The notes beneath the pieces were generated by a model. The model saw nothing but the letters and a program-made list of their open reading frames with translations. It made no database searches and was not told the origin of the DNA. Source: Myxococcota bacterium (GTDB lineage: Bacteria; Myxococcota_A; UBA9160; UBA6930). From it: 64,000 nucleotides of DNA. The DNA lies in assembly GCA_965223415.1 (NCBI GenBank), contig OZ245002.1:4992001-5056000 (forward strand). The letters run 5' to 3'. Positions 29,294 to 41,360 of the stretch are shown here, piece by piece. The translations under genes and the position numbers were made by a program. The first letter of the stretch is position 1, and each line of letters begins with the position of its first letter.

Positions 29294-30708
29294 GACGGGG
29301 TCGGAAAGGCGCCCTCTTCATCGGCGGATCGTCCTGGCTCCGTGAGTGTGCCGCGAAGCGGGACCGGGCGGCCGATCAAGGAGTGCGGGGTCGCGTCGAC
29401 GATCTCCACCTCCAACAGGCTGCCCCCGGGGGCTCGGTGGTGGACGTTCACGACCCGGTGCTGGGGGTCCCGGCCCCGGAGCTGGCCCGGCGATCTCCCG
29501 GTCGCGCCCTCTACGAGGATCTCGGCGCGCTCCCCGACCCGGGCCCGGTGGGCCTGGAGCGTCAGGCGGCGCTGGAGGGCCTGGAGCCGCTCCAGGCGCT
29601 CCTGGGCGACCTCCGGCGGCACCCGGGCCTCCCGGCGCGCGGCCGCGGCCGTGCCAGGCCGCGGCGAGTATTTGAAGGAGTACGCGTCCACGAAGCCCAC
29701 CTCCTCCACCAGGGCGAGGGTGGCCTGGAAGTCCGCTTCGGTCTCACCGGGGAAGCCGACGATCAGGTCGGTGGTGAGGACCAGGTCCGGCCGGGCCGCC
29801 TGGAGCGCACGGGCCCAGTCGCGGAAGTCGTCGGCGGTGTAGCGCCGACGCATGGCCTCGAGGACGCGATCCGAGCCGCTCTGGAGCGGCAGGTGGACGT
29901 GAGGGCAGAGCTCCGGGATCTCGGCGTGGGCCCGCACCAGGGCCTCGTCGAAGAAGCTCGGGTGGGGGCTCGTGTAGCGGATGCGATCCAGGCCCGGGAT
30001 CGCCGCCAGCCGCCCCAGCAGCTCGGCGAACGCCAGCGTTCCGGCGGCCTCGGCCCGGCCCCGGCGCAGGTCGTGCCGGCCGTAGGCATTCACGGTCTGA
30101 CCGAGCAGGGTCACCTCCCGCACGCCGCCCCCGGCCAGGGCCCGGGCCTCGGCGAGGATCCGCTCGGCGGGCCGACTGATCTCCCGCCCCCGGGTAGTCG
30201 GGACGATGCAGAAGCTGCAGAACAGGTCGCAACCTTCCATGACGGTCAGGAAGGCCCGCCCGGGGGTCCGGTCCCGAAACGCCGGGTGCCGCTCGGGCAG
30301 ATCGAATCGCTCGAGGGACGCGACCACTCCGGTGCGGGCCACCCGTCGGCCGGTCCGGGCGGCCTCGATCATCTCTGGGACGTAGCGCAGGTTGTGGGTA
30401 CCGAACACGAAGTCGACGTGGCCAAAGCGCCCGAGCAGCGCGTCACCCTCCTGCTGGGCGACGCAGCCCCCGACCCCGAGCACCCGCTCCGGCGCCGCGC
30501 GCTTCCACTCGCGCAGCGCTCCCAGGTCGCTGTAGAGCTTGTGCTCGGCCTTCTCCCGGATCGAGCAGGTATTGATGATGAGGAGCTCGCTCGTCTCCTC
30601 GTCGTCCGCGGAGCCCCAGCCGGCGTGGTGGAGCAGGTTCGCCAGCTTGTCCGAATCGTGGACGTTCATCTGGCAGCCGTAGGTGCGGAGGGCGAAGCGG
30701 CGCGGCAC
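29290..30708 (-). CDS. miaB: tRNA methylthiotransferase MiaB
   Basis: TYGCQMNVHDS, CDLFCSFC, TRAM-like C-terminus. Confidence 0.96.
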   Translation of the reverse strand: MPRRFALRTYGCQMNVHDSDKLANLLHHAGWGSADDEETSELLIINTCSIREKAEHKLYSDLGALREWKRAAPERVLGVGGCVAQQEGDALLGRFGHVDFVFGTHNLRYVPEMIEAARTGRRVARTGVVASLERFDLPERHPAFRDRTPGRAFLTVMEGCDLFCSFCIVPTTRGREISRPAERILAEARALAGGGVREVTLLGQTVNAYGRHDLRRGRAEAAGTLAFAELLGRLAAIPGLDRIRYTSPHPSFFDEALVRAHAEIPELCPHVHLPLQSGSDRVLEAMRRRYTADDFRDWARALQAARPDLVLTTDLIVGFPGETEADFQATLALVEEVGFVDAYSFKYSPRPGTAAAARREARVPPEVAQERLERLQALQRRLTLQAHRARVGERAEILVEGATGRSPGQLRGRDPQHRVVNVHHRAPGGSLLEVEIVDATPHSLIGRPVPLRGTLTEPGRSADEEGAFPTPS

Positions 30709-30744
30709 GGCGGCAGCCTACCCGAGAGCGCCGGCGAGCGTCAA
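30709..30744 (-). promoter_or_regulatory. sigma70-like promoter, probably giving a leaderless miaB mRNA
   Basis: TTGACG-N18-TAGGCT, 6 nt before GTG, with no SD. Confidence 0.55.
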
Positions 30745-30888
30745 AGTGTCCGGATTTCCTGGAAAAACCTGAACTTCACGCTCAAGGAACAGGGGCAACC
30801 TACGGAAGTTGCTGGCCTTTGCGGATCACCAACCGTGTTCTGCGAAATGATGTTTGACAACGCGGGCCGGCCTGGCACATACTCGGCT

Positions 30889-31034
30889 TCACCGACTCCA
30901 ACAGGTTCATGGAGCGGCGGTGGATAAGGCATTTCTCACCGAAATGTCCAACCTCTCACCCCCCATCATCTATCCACCGCCTCTCCGCCCTGAACGAAGC
31001 CCCGCCCGGCGCGAGCCTGGCGGGGCTTCTCGTT
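30889..31034 (+). ncRNA. candidate small RNA
   Basis: TTGACA (30854) -N18- CATACT; 11-bp stem 30916-30926/30971-30981; inner hairpin; C-rich loop; terminator hairpin. Confidence 0.55.
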
Positions 31035-32126
31035 GGAGGCGAAGAGCACGGGGCCGACCGCATCCGCGAGCATCCGTCCCACCTCGCGCTCGCCCTCCGG
31101 CGTGAAGTGGCAGTCGTCCATCAGCCAGCGTTCTCGGTCGAGGCGGTAGAGGTCCACCAGCGGAGCGGCCAGCTCGGCGGCGACTTCGCGCGTCGCCGCG
31201 TTGTTGGCTCGCGCCCGGGCCTCGAGGCTCGGGAGCAGCTCGGGCCGATGGGTGAGCACGCTCGACGCGTAGCCCTCGGTCCGGAACGGGACGGTAGCGA
31301 GGACCGGGACCGCTCCGAGGGCCCGTCCACCGGCGACGAAGCGGCGCAGGTTCGCCTCGAAGGTGGCGCCGATCCCCGGCCGTTCCAGGTTCGCGGCGAG
31401 CTCGTCGACGGTCGGCCGGTTGTCGTAGCGGATCGAGCCGTAGAGGGGGTGCTCGGCACCGGCCGAGAACCCGAGGCGCCCGCGGCCGCTGGCCAGTACG
31501 AGCATCGCCAGATGGGAGACCCGGAACAGCCGCTTGAAGGGCCGATTGCTCGCCCGTAGGTCGTAGTCGAATCGGCGGTAGTGGCTGTAATCGTCCCGGT
31601 AGTCGTTCCAGAGCTGGGGGAAGATCTCGTTGCGGCCGTCGGTCATCACCACCACGTCGGGCTCGAGCCCGGCGACGTGGGCGTTCAGGTGGAGCAGGGT
31701 CTCGCGGGAGGTCCAGCCGGGCACGCCGGCGTTCACGACCTCGACCGGGCGCCCCGGGTAGCGGCGGGCCAGCTCCTCGCCGAGGCGCACGGCGCCGGTC
31801 TCGTCGTCCTCCACCCCGATCCCGTAGACCGTCGAGGCGCCCATCAGCACGACGCGGCGCACGCCCGCGGGCTTGGGGACGCGAAACGGCGGGCTCCGGA
31901 AGCCCCTCTCGTCATGGCGAAAGCCCGGGGCCTCGAAGTCCGGCGTGAGGCGGTAGCCCAGCGCCTCGTCCCACGTGAAGCGTCCCCGGGTCTCGGTCTC
32001 GTGGGTGAGCTGGTGGGCCTTGGCCTCGGGCCAGCTCCCCGCCACGAACAGGCGGGCGCCGACCTCGGCCATCAGCACGACGAACGCGACGCTGGCGGCC
32101 GCCAGCAGGAGCTCCACTCGGGTCAC
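30966..32126 (-). CDS. SGNH/GDSL hydrolase family protein
   Basis: TM anchor, MGASTVYG, NAGVPG, GRNE, DDCHFT. Confidence 0.85.
   Translation of the reverse strand: MTRVELLLAAASVAFVVLMAEVGARLFVAGSWPEAKAHQLTHETETRGRFTWDEALGYRLTPDFEAPGFRHDERGFRSPPFRVPKPAGVRRVVLMGASTVYGIGVEDDETGAVRLGEELARRYPGRPVEVVNAGVPGWTSRETLLHLNAHVAGLEPDVVVMTDGRNEIFPQLWNDYRDDYSHYRRFDYDLRASNRPFKRLFRVSHLAMLVLASGRGRLGFSAGAEHPLYGSIRYDNRPTVDELAANLERPGIGATFEANLRRFVAGGRALGAVPVLATVPFRTEGYASSVLTHRPELLPSLEARARANNAATREVAAELAAPLVDLYRLDRERWLMDDCHFTPEGEREVGRMLADAVGPVLFASNEKPRQARAGRGFVQGGEAVDR
30996..31034 (+). terminator. intrinsic terminator-like hairpin
   Basis: GAAGCCCCGCC...GGCGGGGCTTC followed by TCGTT. Confidence 0.6.
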
Positions 32127-33337
32127 GGGGCTTCCGATCGGCCGTCGGGTCGGCGGGCTTCAGTCGCCCCGCCCTCCCGGGGCAACACGCTCCGCAGCAC
32201 CCGGAGAGCGTTGCCCGCCAGGACCCCCCGGATCTCGTCGTCGCGGAAGCCCTCGGCGACGAGTGCGTCGACGAGGAGCGAGAGTCCCGTCGTGTCGAAG
32301 GCGGTGGTGACAGCGCCGTCGAAGTCCGAGCCCAGGGCCACGTGATCGGCTCCCACGAGGTCGCGCACGTGGGCCGCGGCCCGGGCCACGTGCTCGGGGG
32401 AGGTGCCGCACACCGCGCCGGCGAAGTAGCCGATGCCCACCACGCCTCCGGTGGCGGCGATGCCCCGAAGCTGGGCGTCCGCGAGGTTGCGCGGCCCCGG
32501 ACAGGTGGCCTGGACGCCGGTGTGGGAGGCCACCAGGGGGCCGACCCCGAGCGCCAGGAGGTCGTCGACGGTCGCCGGCGAGGCATGGGCCACGTCGATC
32601 GCCACCCCGAGCGCTCGCGCGCGCCGCACGGCGGCCCGGCCCAGCTCGGTGAGGCCGTACTTCGCCTCACCCGCCGATGAGCCGCCGACGCGGTTGTCGA
32701 AGAAGTGGGTAGGCGCCATCATGCGCAGCCCCGCGGCGAACAGCGCGTCCACCCCGCCGAGCTCGCCGTCGAGGGCCTGCATGCCCTCGAGGCCCAGCAT
32801 CCCGCCCACGACGGCCTCGCCCCGGCGCCGCGCCGCCACGACGGCGTCGAGGTCGGCCCGCGTCCGGACGATCCGCAGGCGGCCGTCGGATCCACCCGCG
32901 AGCTCGACCAGGCGGGCCGCCTGATGCTCGGCCCGGGCCCGGCGACTCGTCCAGGTGGCCACGGGCCAGCGCTGGAGCACGGCCAGCAGGGTGATCAGGT
33001 CCGGCTCGTCGGCCGGGGTGCGCTCGAAGTTCTGGCCCGCGGGCACCTGGGTCACGAGACCGAACACCTGGAGCGCCACCTGGCCCTCCAACAGGCGGGG
33101 CAGGTCCACCTGGCCGTGGGCGAGCTGCCGGCTGAGGTCCCGATCCCAGAGGAGCGGATCCGCGTGGAGATCCACCGCACCGGCCTCGGCGAGGAGCGCG
33201 CGGGCGCGCTCGCTGCCCGCGAAGGGCGGCTCGCCCGCCACCCGGTTGATGCGGCGATCCAGCTCGCCGGGCAGCCAGAGAAAGGCGGCGAGCCCGAGCA
33301 GCGCGACCCCGCCGGCGACGAGGGCGAGCCACCTCAC
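32123..33337 (-). CDS. membrane dipeptidase (peptidase M19)
   Basis: DLHAD, GLEG, IDVAHAS, SHTG, LGSDFDG. Confidence 0.9.
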   Translation of the reverse strand: MRWLALVAGGVALLGLAAFLWLPGELDRRINRVAGEPPFAGSERARALLAEAGAVDLHADPLLWDRDLSRQLAHGQVDLPRLLEGQVALQVFGLVTQVPAGQNFERTPADEPDLITLLAVLQRWPVATWTSRRARAEHQAARLVELAGGSDGRLRIVRTRADLDAVVAARRRGEAVVGGMLGLEGMQALDGELGGVDALFAAGLRMMAPTHFFDNRVGGSSAGEAKYGLTELGRAAVRRARALGVAIDVAHASPATVDDLLALGVGPLVASHTGVQATCPGPRNLADAQLRGIAATGGVVGIGYFAGAVCGTSPEHVARAAAHVRDLVGADHVALGSDFDGAVTTAFDTTGLSLLVDALVAEGFRDDEIRGVLAGNALRVLRSVLPREGGATEARRPDGRSEAP

Positions 33338-33376
33338 GCGCTAGCGCACGAGCCGATCGAGGCCCCGCATGGCGGC

Positions 33377-34801
33377 CTACAGAACCAGCCGGTCGACGAC
33401 CCGGGAGAGCTGCTTCAGGTTCCGGCACTCCTCGGCGACGTCCGTATGGGGCAGGTATTTGTCCATCACGCTGTCGCCGAAGCCCCAGGCGGAGGGGCTC
33501 TCCGGGTTCAGCCAGACGACGTCCTTGGCCTTGTTGCGGATGTCGCGCAGGCACCAGGCGCGGGGGTCGTTGTAGTTGTTCCGGGCGTCGCCCAGGATGA
33601 GCACGGTCGTCTTGTTGTCGATGGAGGACAGGAAGTTCTGCCAGAAGTGGTGGAAGGCGAAACCGAAGTTCGAACGGGTATAGACGTTGATCACGTCGCC
33701 GCCGTCGAGGGCCTTCTCGATGGCGTCGTTGATGTCCTTGTCCTTGAAGACCTGGGTCACCTCGCCCAGCTCGGACACGAAGACGAAGGCGCGGATCTTC
33801 GTGAAGCACTCCTGCAGGCTGTACATGAACTGCAGCATGAAACGGGAGACGTTGGCCACGGAGCTCGAGACGTCGCAGAGAATCACCAGCTTCGGCTTCT
33901 CCTTGCGGCGCTGCTTGAAGATCAGGTCGAAGGGCACGCCGCCGTGGGCCATGTTGCGGCGCAGCATGGTGTGGAGGTCGAGCTTGCCCTTCTTGAGCCG
34001 GCGTTTGCGGATCGAGAGCACGTTCTTGATGCGCTGGGCCAGCCGGGCGACCACCTCGCGCATCTTCTTGATCTCGTCCTCGGTGAGGTTGTAGAAGCTC
34101 TTCTCGAGCAGGCTCTCGCGGCGGAACTTCTCCATGTAGTCGAAGTTCTGCTGCTGGAGCTGGCGCTCGGTGTAGTTCCGGACGCTCTTGCGCAGGGCCT
34201 CCAGGAACTTGTCGATCAGCTCCATCAGGGCTTCGACCTCGGCGTCGCCCATACCCGACTCGCGGAGCTGCTGGGCCAGCTCGCGGAGCTGGTCCCCGGC
34301 CCCCTCGGCGTCCATCTGCTCCATCGTGCGCCGGGTGAAGAAGCCCAGCTGGAGCATGTTCTCGATGCGCTCGACCCCGGCGGCCTCGGCCGCCTCCCGG
34401 ATCAGCTGCTCGAGCTTGTCCAGATCCTGGGTAAGCAGCGCCTTGGCGAGCTCCGACAGGTCGAGATCCTGCGGATTGCCCTCCATGTTCTGCATGCCGT
34501 CCTGGATGGCCTGCATCAGCTGCTCGAGGTCGAACTCGCCGCCCATCTCGCCTGCGGCGTTGTCGAAGGAGTTGCGCAGCCCGTCGTAGAAGGCCGACCA
34601 GTAGAGATCGAACATCTGGTCGAAGGTGGGGATGTCCTCGGAGCGCTTCACCATGGTGGTGCGCAGCGCGTCCTTGAAGATCTCCCGGTCGCCGAGGGAG
34701 AGCTCGTCGAGCGCCGTGAAGGCGTCGATCGACTCCGCCACCGACACCCGGATCCCGCTCTTCCGGAGCAGATTGGTGAAATCGACGATCTTCTGCTGCA
34801 C
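33377..34801 (-). CDS. VWA domain protein, CoxE-like
   Basis: LCDVSSSV MIDAS-like motif, LGDARNN, VWLNPE. Confidence 0.88.
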   Translation of the reverse strand: MQQKIVDFTNLLRKSGIRVSVAESIDAFTALDELSLGDREIFKDALRTTMVKRSEDIPTFDQMFDLYWSAFYDGLRNSFDNAAGEMGGEFDLEQLMQAIQDGMQNMEGNPQDLDLSELAKALLTQDLDKLEQLIREAAEAAGVERIENMLQLGFFTRRTMEQMDAEGAGDQLRELAQQLRESGMGDAEVEALMELIDKFLEALRKSVRNYTERQLQQQNFDYMEKFRRESLLEKSFYNLTEDEIKKMREVVARLAQRIKNVLSIRKRRLKKGKLDLHTMLRRNMAHGGVPFDLIFKQRRKEKPKLVILCDVSSSVANVSRFMLQFMYSLQECFTKIRAFVFVSELGEVTQVFKDKDINDAIEKALDGGDVINVYTRSNFGFAFHHFWQNFLSSIDNKTTVLILGDARNNYNDPRAWCLRDIRNKAKDVVWLNPESPSAWGFGDSVMDKYLPHTDVAEECRNLKQLSRVVDRLVL

Positions 34802-34811
34802 GGGGACCCCT

Positions 34812-35807
34812 CTAGTGCAGGACGCCCTTCTTGGCGGGCTTCGGCGCTTCGGCCTCCGCCGGCTTGCCCTCCGGGGCGGCCTCGGTCGCTTCCTCCGCCT
34901 TGCGGGTGATCAGCCGGCCGAGCTCGGCCTGGGTCTTCTTGATGTCGCCCTCGTACTTGAGGATCACGTTCAGCGTGTCGCGCACCAGGTCCTCGTCCAG
35001 CTCGTTGGCGTTGAGCGCCAGGAGCGCCCGGGCCCAGTCGAGGGTCTCGCTGATCGAGGGCGTCTTCTTGAGGTCGAGCTTGCGCAGGCGCTGCATCACG
35101 CCCACCAGCTCTTCGGCCAGGCGTCGGTCGATGCCCTCGACCTTCTTGTCGAGGATCCTCACCTCGAGCTCCTCGGTCGGGAAGTCGATGTAGAGGTGGA
35201 GGCAGCGGCGCTTGAGCGCGTCGCTCATCTCCCGGGCGTCGTTCGAGGTGAGGAAGACGATCGGCTTGTGACGGGCCTCCAGGGTGCCGACCTCGGGCAC
35301 CGTGACCTGGAAGTCCGAGAGCACCTCCAGCAGGAAGGCTTCGAACTCCGGGTCGCTCTTGTCCACCTCGTCGATCAGGAGCAGCGTGGGCTGCTCGGCC
35401 TGGATCGCGCGGAGGAGCGGCCGGGGCACGATGAAGTTCTCGGAGAAGAAGACGCTGTCCTCCTCGCCCACCCGGGCGGCGGCGTCCTTGACCGTGGTGG
35501 TCCCGGCCATCGCCTCGGAGAACTTCTCCTTCAGGATCTGGGTGTAGAGGAGCTGCTTCGAGTACTCCCACTCGTAGAGGGCCTTGGCCTCGTCGAGCCC
35601 CTCGTAGCACTGCAGCCGGATCATCGGCCGCCCAGTGGCGGCGGAGACGACCTTGGCGAGCTCGGTCTTGCCGACGCCGGCCGGGCCCTCCACCAGCACC
35701 GGCTTCTCCAGCTTCGACGCCAGGAAGACCACCGTCGCGATGTTCTTGTCGCAGATGTAGTCCTGGGCGTCGAGCTGCTCGATGACTTGCTCGGGCGAGT
35801 CGAACAT
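34812..35807 (-). CDS. MoxR/CoxD-like AAA+ ATPase
   Basis: EGPAGVGKTE, RLQCYEGLD, LLIDEVDK, ALKRRC. Confidence 0.92.
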   Translation of the reverse strand: MFDSPEQVIEQLDAQDYICDKNIATVVFLASKLEKPVLVEGPAGVGKTELAKVVSAATGRPMIRLQCYEGLDEAKALYEWEYSKQLLYTQILKEKFSEAMAGTTTVKDAAARVGEEDSVFFSENFIVPRPLLRAIQAEQPTLLLIDEVDKSDPEFEAFLLEVLSDFQVTVPEVGTLEARHKPIVFLTSNDAREMSDALKRRCLHLYIDFPTEELEVRILDKKVEGIDRRLAEELVGVMQRLRKLDLKKTPSISETLDWARALLALNANELDEDLVRDTLNVILKYEGDIKKTQAELGRLITRKAEEATEAAPEGKPAEAEAPKPAKKGVLH

Positions 35808-35817
35808 GGGGCTCCTC

Positions 35818-37098
35818 TCAGCTCATGAGATGCAGAACGTGCCCGAGCTTCTCCTTCTTCGTACGCAGGTACTCGAAGTTCTTCTCGTTGGGCTCGATCT
35901 CGAGGGGCACCCGCTCGACGATCGCGAGCTGGTAGCCCTCGATGCCGGCGCGCTTGCCCGGGTTGTTGGTGATGATGCGCATCTTGCGCACCCCGAGGTC
36001 GTGCAGGATCTGGGCGCCCACGCCGTAGTCGCGCAGGTCGGCGGCGAAGCCGAGGCGCTCGTTGGCCTGGACCGTGTCGAGGCCCTCCGAGTCCTGCAGG
36101 CCGTAGGCCTTGATCTTGTTCTTGAGCCCGATCCCGCGCCCTTCCTGGCGCATGTAGAGGATCACGCCCTGGCCCTCGTTCTCGATCATCTTCATGGCGG
36201 CTTCCAGCTGCTCGCCGCAATCGCAGCGCAGGGAGCCGAAGGCGTCGCCGGTCAGGCACTCGCTGTGCACCCGGACCAGGATCTCGTCGTCCTCGCGGAT
36301 CTCGCCCTTCACGAGGGCGATGTGGTCGACGTGATCGATGTCGTTCTCGTAGACGACGGCCCGGAAGTCGCCGCCGCCCACGGTCGGCAGCACGCACTCG
36401 CCGGCCCCGCGCACCAGCTTCTCGTTGCGCAGGCGGTACTCGATCAGGTCCGCGACCGTGACGATCTTGAGATCGTGCTGTCGGGCGAAGGTGACCAGGT
36501 CCGGCATCCGGGCCATGGTGCCGTCGTCGTTCATGATCTCGCAGATCACGCCCGCCGGCTTCATGCCGGCCAGGCGGGCGAGATCAACGGAGCCCTCGGT
36601 CTGGCCGGCCCGGCGCAGGACGCCGCCGTCGCGGGCCCGCAGGGGAAAGATGTGGCCGGGCCGCACGATGTCCCGGGGCCGGGCGTCCTCGGCGATGGCC
36701 GTGGCGATGGTGTGAGCGCGATCGAAGGCCGAGATGCCCGTGGTCACGCCCTCGCGGGCCTCGATGGACACGGTGAAGGCCGTGCCGAAGCCGGACGAGT
36801 TCTCCGCGTCCGGCACCATCATCGTCAGGTTCAGCCGGTCGAGCTGCTCCTCGGTCATCGGCAGGCAGATCAGGCCACGGCCGAACTTCGCCATGAAGTT
36901 GATCGCGTCGGGCGTGACGGCCTCGGCTGCCATGCACAGATCGCCTTCGTTCTCCCGGTCCTCGTCGTCGACGAGGATCACCATGCGGCCGGCGCGGATC
37001 TCCTCGATGGCCGTGTCGACGGCGACGATGACGTCGCTCGCGTCCACCGGCAGGCGCGTGGGTTCAGCCGGGTCGGGCTGCGATCGGGGGTCGCTCAT
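35818..37098 (-). CDS. ribBA: bifunctional DHBP synthase / GTP cyclohydrolase II
   Basis: [28 protein letters not shown]...CDC, QEGRGIG. ATG at 37098 follows a GGAGAGG SD. Confidence 0.96.
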   Translation of the reverse strand: MSDPRSQPDPAEPTRLPVDASDVIVAVDTAIEEIRAGRMVILVDDEDRENEGDLCMAAEAVTPDAINFMAKFGRGLICLPMTEEQLDRLNLTMMVPDAENSSGFGTAFTVSIEAREGVTTGISAFDRAHTIATAIAEDARPRDIVRPGHIFPLRARDGGVLRRAGQTEGSVDLARLAGMKPAGVICEIMNDDGTMARMPDLVTFARQHDLKIVTVADLIEYRLRNEKLVRGAGECVLPTVGGGDFRAVVYENDIDHVDHIALVKGEIREDDEILVRVHSECLTGDAFGSLRCDCGEQLEAAMKMIENEGQGVILYMRQEGRGIGLKNKIKAYGLQDSEGLDTVQANERLGFAADLRDYGVGAQILHDLGVRKMRIITNNPGKRAGIEGYQLAIVERVPLEIEPNEKNFEYLRTKKEKLGHVLHLMS

Positions 37099-37186
37099 CG
37101 TTCCTCTCCGTACGGACCGCGAGGGTGGCACGGTTCCGTCGGGCGCGCGGCGGCCGGAGCTGGCGTTGGGGGGCAACTTGCTGAGC

Positions 37187-37215
37187 ACCCTATCAGCAGT
37201 TGACTCTCGTGTCAA
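37187..37215 (-). promoter_or_regulatory. ribBA promoter with overlapping palindrome
   Basis: TTGACA-N17-TAGGGT with extended TG. TTGAC-N6-GTCAA palindrome at 37200-37215. Confidence 0.65.
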
Positions 37216-37270
37216 TCGCGGGAATTTCGCAAGTGCTGGTTCCCAAAGGGGTTTCGGCGCCTCAGCCTGA

Positions 37271-37453
37271 CCGCAGGTCAGGCGGCGACCGGTCCTCGTT
37301 CGCTTCGCCCTGGCGCCGGGGACGGCCATCAACGAGGGCGCGCTCGGCTACCACCTGCGCGAAGGCGAGCACGACCTCACGAGCTGGGACTGGGAGCGCT
37401 TCCTCGACTGGGCGGACCGGGCGCTCCCGGGCGCACCTACTGGAGGTTCTTGA
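37271..37453 (+). pseudogene. C-terminal remnant of a CE15 (glucuronoyl esterase-like) alpha/beta hydrolase
   Basis: Startless frame after TGA at 37268 reading ...[29 protein letters not shown]... Confidence 0.6.
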
Positions 37454-38084
37454 GCACGCCCTTCAGGAAGTCGTCCTCGGAGACGGCGAACTTCTCGTGG
37501 AAGGCGTGACGCGCGTCGAGGAAGCGGTAGACCCGGCGCAGCAGCTCGCGGAAGGTCTCCACCACGCCTTCGCCGCGCATGGCCACCGCGGGGAAGGTCG
37601 GGATGTCGCCCCAGGCGCTGCGGATCTCCTCGAGGTCCTTCACGTCCGGGAGGTCGCGCTTGTTGAACTGCACGACCTTCGGAATGGCGTCGAAGTCGAT
37701 GCCGTTCGACTTCAGGTTCGCCTCCATGTCGCGCCAGCTGTAGGCGTTGGCGCCGGCGGAGGAGCGCTGGGAATCGGCGACGAAGACCACGCCGTCGGCA
37801 CCGGCCAGCACGACCTTGCGAGTCGACTTGTGCATCACCTGGCCCGGCACGGTGAAGAGCTTCAGCTTCATGGTGAAGCCGCCGGAGGTGCCGAAGGAGA
37901 CCGGCAGGAAGTCGAAGTAGAGGGTGCGGTCGTCGGCCGTGTCGAGGGTGACCATCTTGCCGCGGGTCTCGGGGTCGAGCAGCTCGTGGAGCTTCTGCAG
38001 GTTCGTGGTCTTGCCCGAGAGCGCCGGCCCGTAGTAGACGAGCTTCAGCACGATCTCACGGCCCGCCATGTTGATCTGCACCAT
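37437..38084 (-). CDS. MglA-family small GTPase
   Basis: [33 protein letters not shown]. Possible extended start at 38129. Confidence 0.9.
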   Translation of the reverse strand: MVQINMAGREIVLKLVYYGPALSGKTTNLQKLHELLDPETRGKMVTLDTADDRTLYFDFLPVSFGTSGGFTMKLKLFTVPGQVMHKSTRKVVLAGADGVVFVADSQRSSAGANAYSWRDMEANLKSNGIDFDAIPKVVQFNKRDLPDVKDLEEIRSAWGDIPTFPAVAMRGEGVVETFRELLRRVYRFLDARHAFHEKFAVSEDDFLKGVLKNLQ

Positions 38085-38181
38085 CGGCCACGCTCCGCCC
38101 GGGCCTGGGGCCCGTGATGCCGGTCTCATCGGCAGGAAGCGGTCGGAAATGAAGGTGGCAGCCGGGGAAACGGCCTGCGGG

Positions 38182-39155
38182 TCAATCCCCGCGGAAGGCC
38201 CTCAGCAGGGCTCGGGCCCCGGCGGCCGGCGTGGCTCGTTGCGCCTCGACCTCGGCCTCCCAGCGGCGGACTTCCGCGGCGACGGCCGGGTGGGCGCGGA
38301 AGGCCTGGGCCAAGCCCTCCTCCACCAGGGTCCACATCCATTGGCGGGCCTGGGCGCGGCGACGGGCCTCGAGCTCGCCGCTGGCCTCGAGAGCCCGGCG
38401 GTGGCCCTGGACGGTCTCCCAGACCTCCGGGAGCCCCACCCGCTCGAGCGAGCTCACCGAGAGGACCCGCGGGCTCCAGCCGGGGGTGGTCGGCCGCAGG
38501 AGCTGGAGGGCTCCTTCGTGCTCGCCGCGGGTGCGTTCGGCGATGGCCTTCTGCTCGCCGTCGGCCTTGTTCACGATCAGAGCGTCGGCCAGCTCGAGGG
38601 CGCCCTTCTTGATGCCCTGGAGCTCGTCGCCGGAGCCGGGCTGGAGCAGCACGAGGAAGGTGTCGACCAGGGAGCGCACCGCCACCTCCGACTGGCCGAT
38701 CCCCACGGTCTCGACGATCACCACGTCGAAGCCTGCGGCCTCGCACAGAAGCAGCGCCTCCCGCGTGCGGTGGGCGACGCCGCCCAGGGCGCCGCCGGAG
38801 GGCGAGGGGCGGATGAAGGCGCGCTCGTCGCTGGCGAGCTGCTCCATGCGCGTCTTGTCGCCGAGAATGCTGCCGCCGGTCACCGGGCTCGAGGGGTCGA
38901 CCGCCAGCACGGCCACCCGGTGCCCCTCGGCGAGCAGGTGGAGGCCGAAGCTCTCGATGAAGGTGCTCTTGCCGACGCCGGGCGGGCCGGTGATGCCGAT
39001 CCGCACGGCGCCGCCGGTCTCCCCGACCAGCGCCTCGAGGATCTCCTGGGCCTGGGCCTGGTGGTCCTCGCGGGTGCTCTCGATCCAGGTGATGGCGCGG
39101 GCCAGGCTGCGGCGATCGCCCCGACGGATGGCGGCGGCGTGCTCCCGGGCGGAGG

Positions 39156-39159
<4 letters not shown>
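38182..39159 (-). CDS. meaB: methylmalonyl-CoA mutase-associated GTPase
   Basis: [38 protein letters not shown] overlap with scpA. Confidence 0.93.
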
Positions 39160-41288
<2,129 letters not shown>

Positions 41289-41360
41289 CTCCGCTCCTTC
41301 CGCCGCCCGCGCTTCGAGCCCCGTGGGGTCTCCGACGCGGCGGCCAGACGTTAGCCCCTG

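Noticed and set aside
30889..31034. sRNA candidate as 6S RNA, SRP RNA or tmRNA
   Set aside because: It lacks the long apical stem of 6S, the SRP helix-8 motif and tRNA-like ends.
37099..37186. FMN riboswitch upstream of ribBA
   Set aside because: The leader is too short and lacks the RFN consensus.
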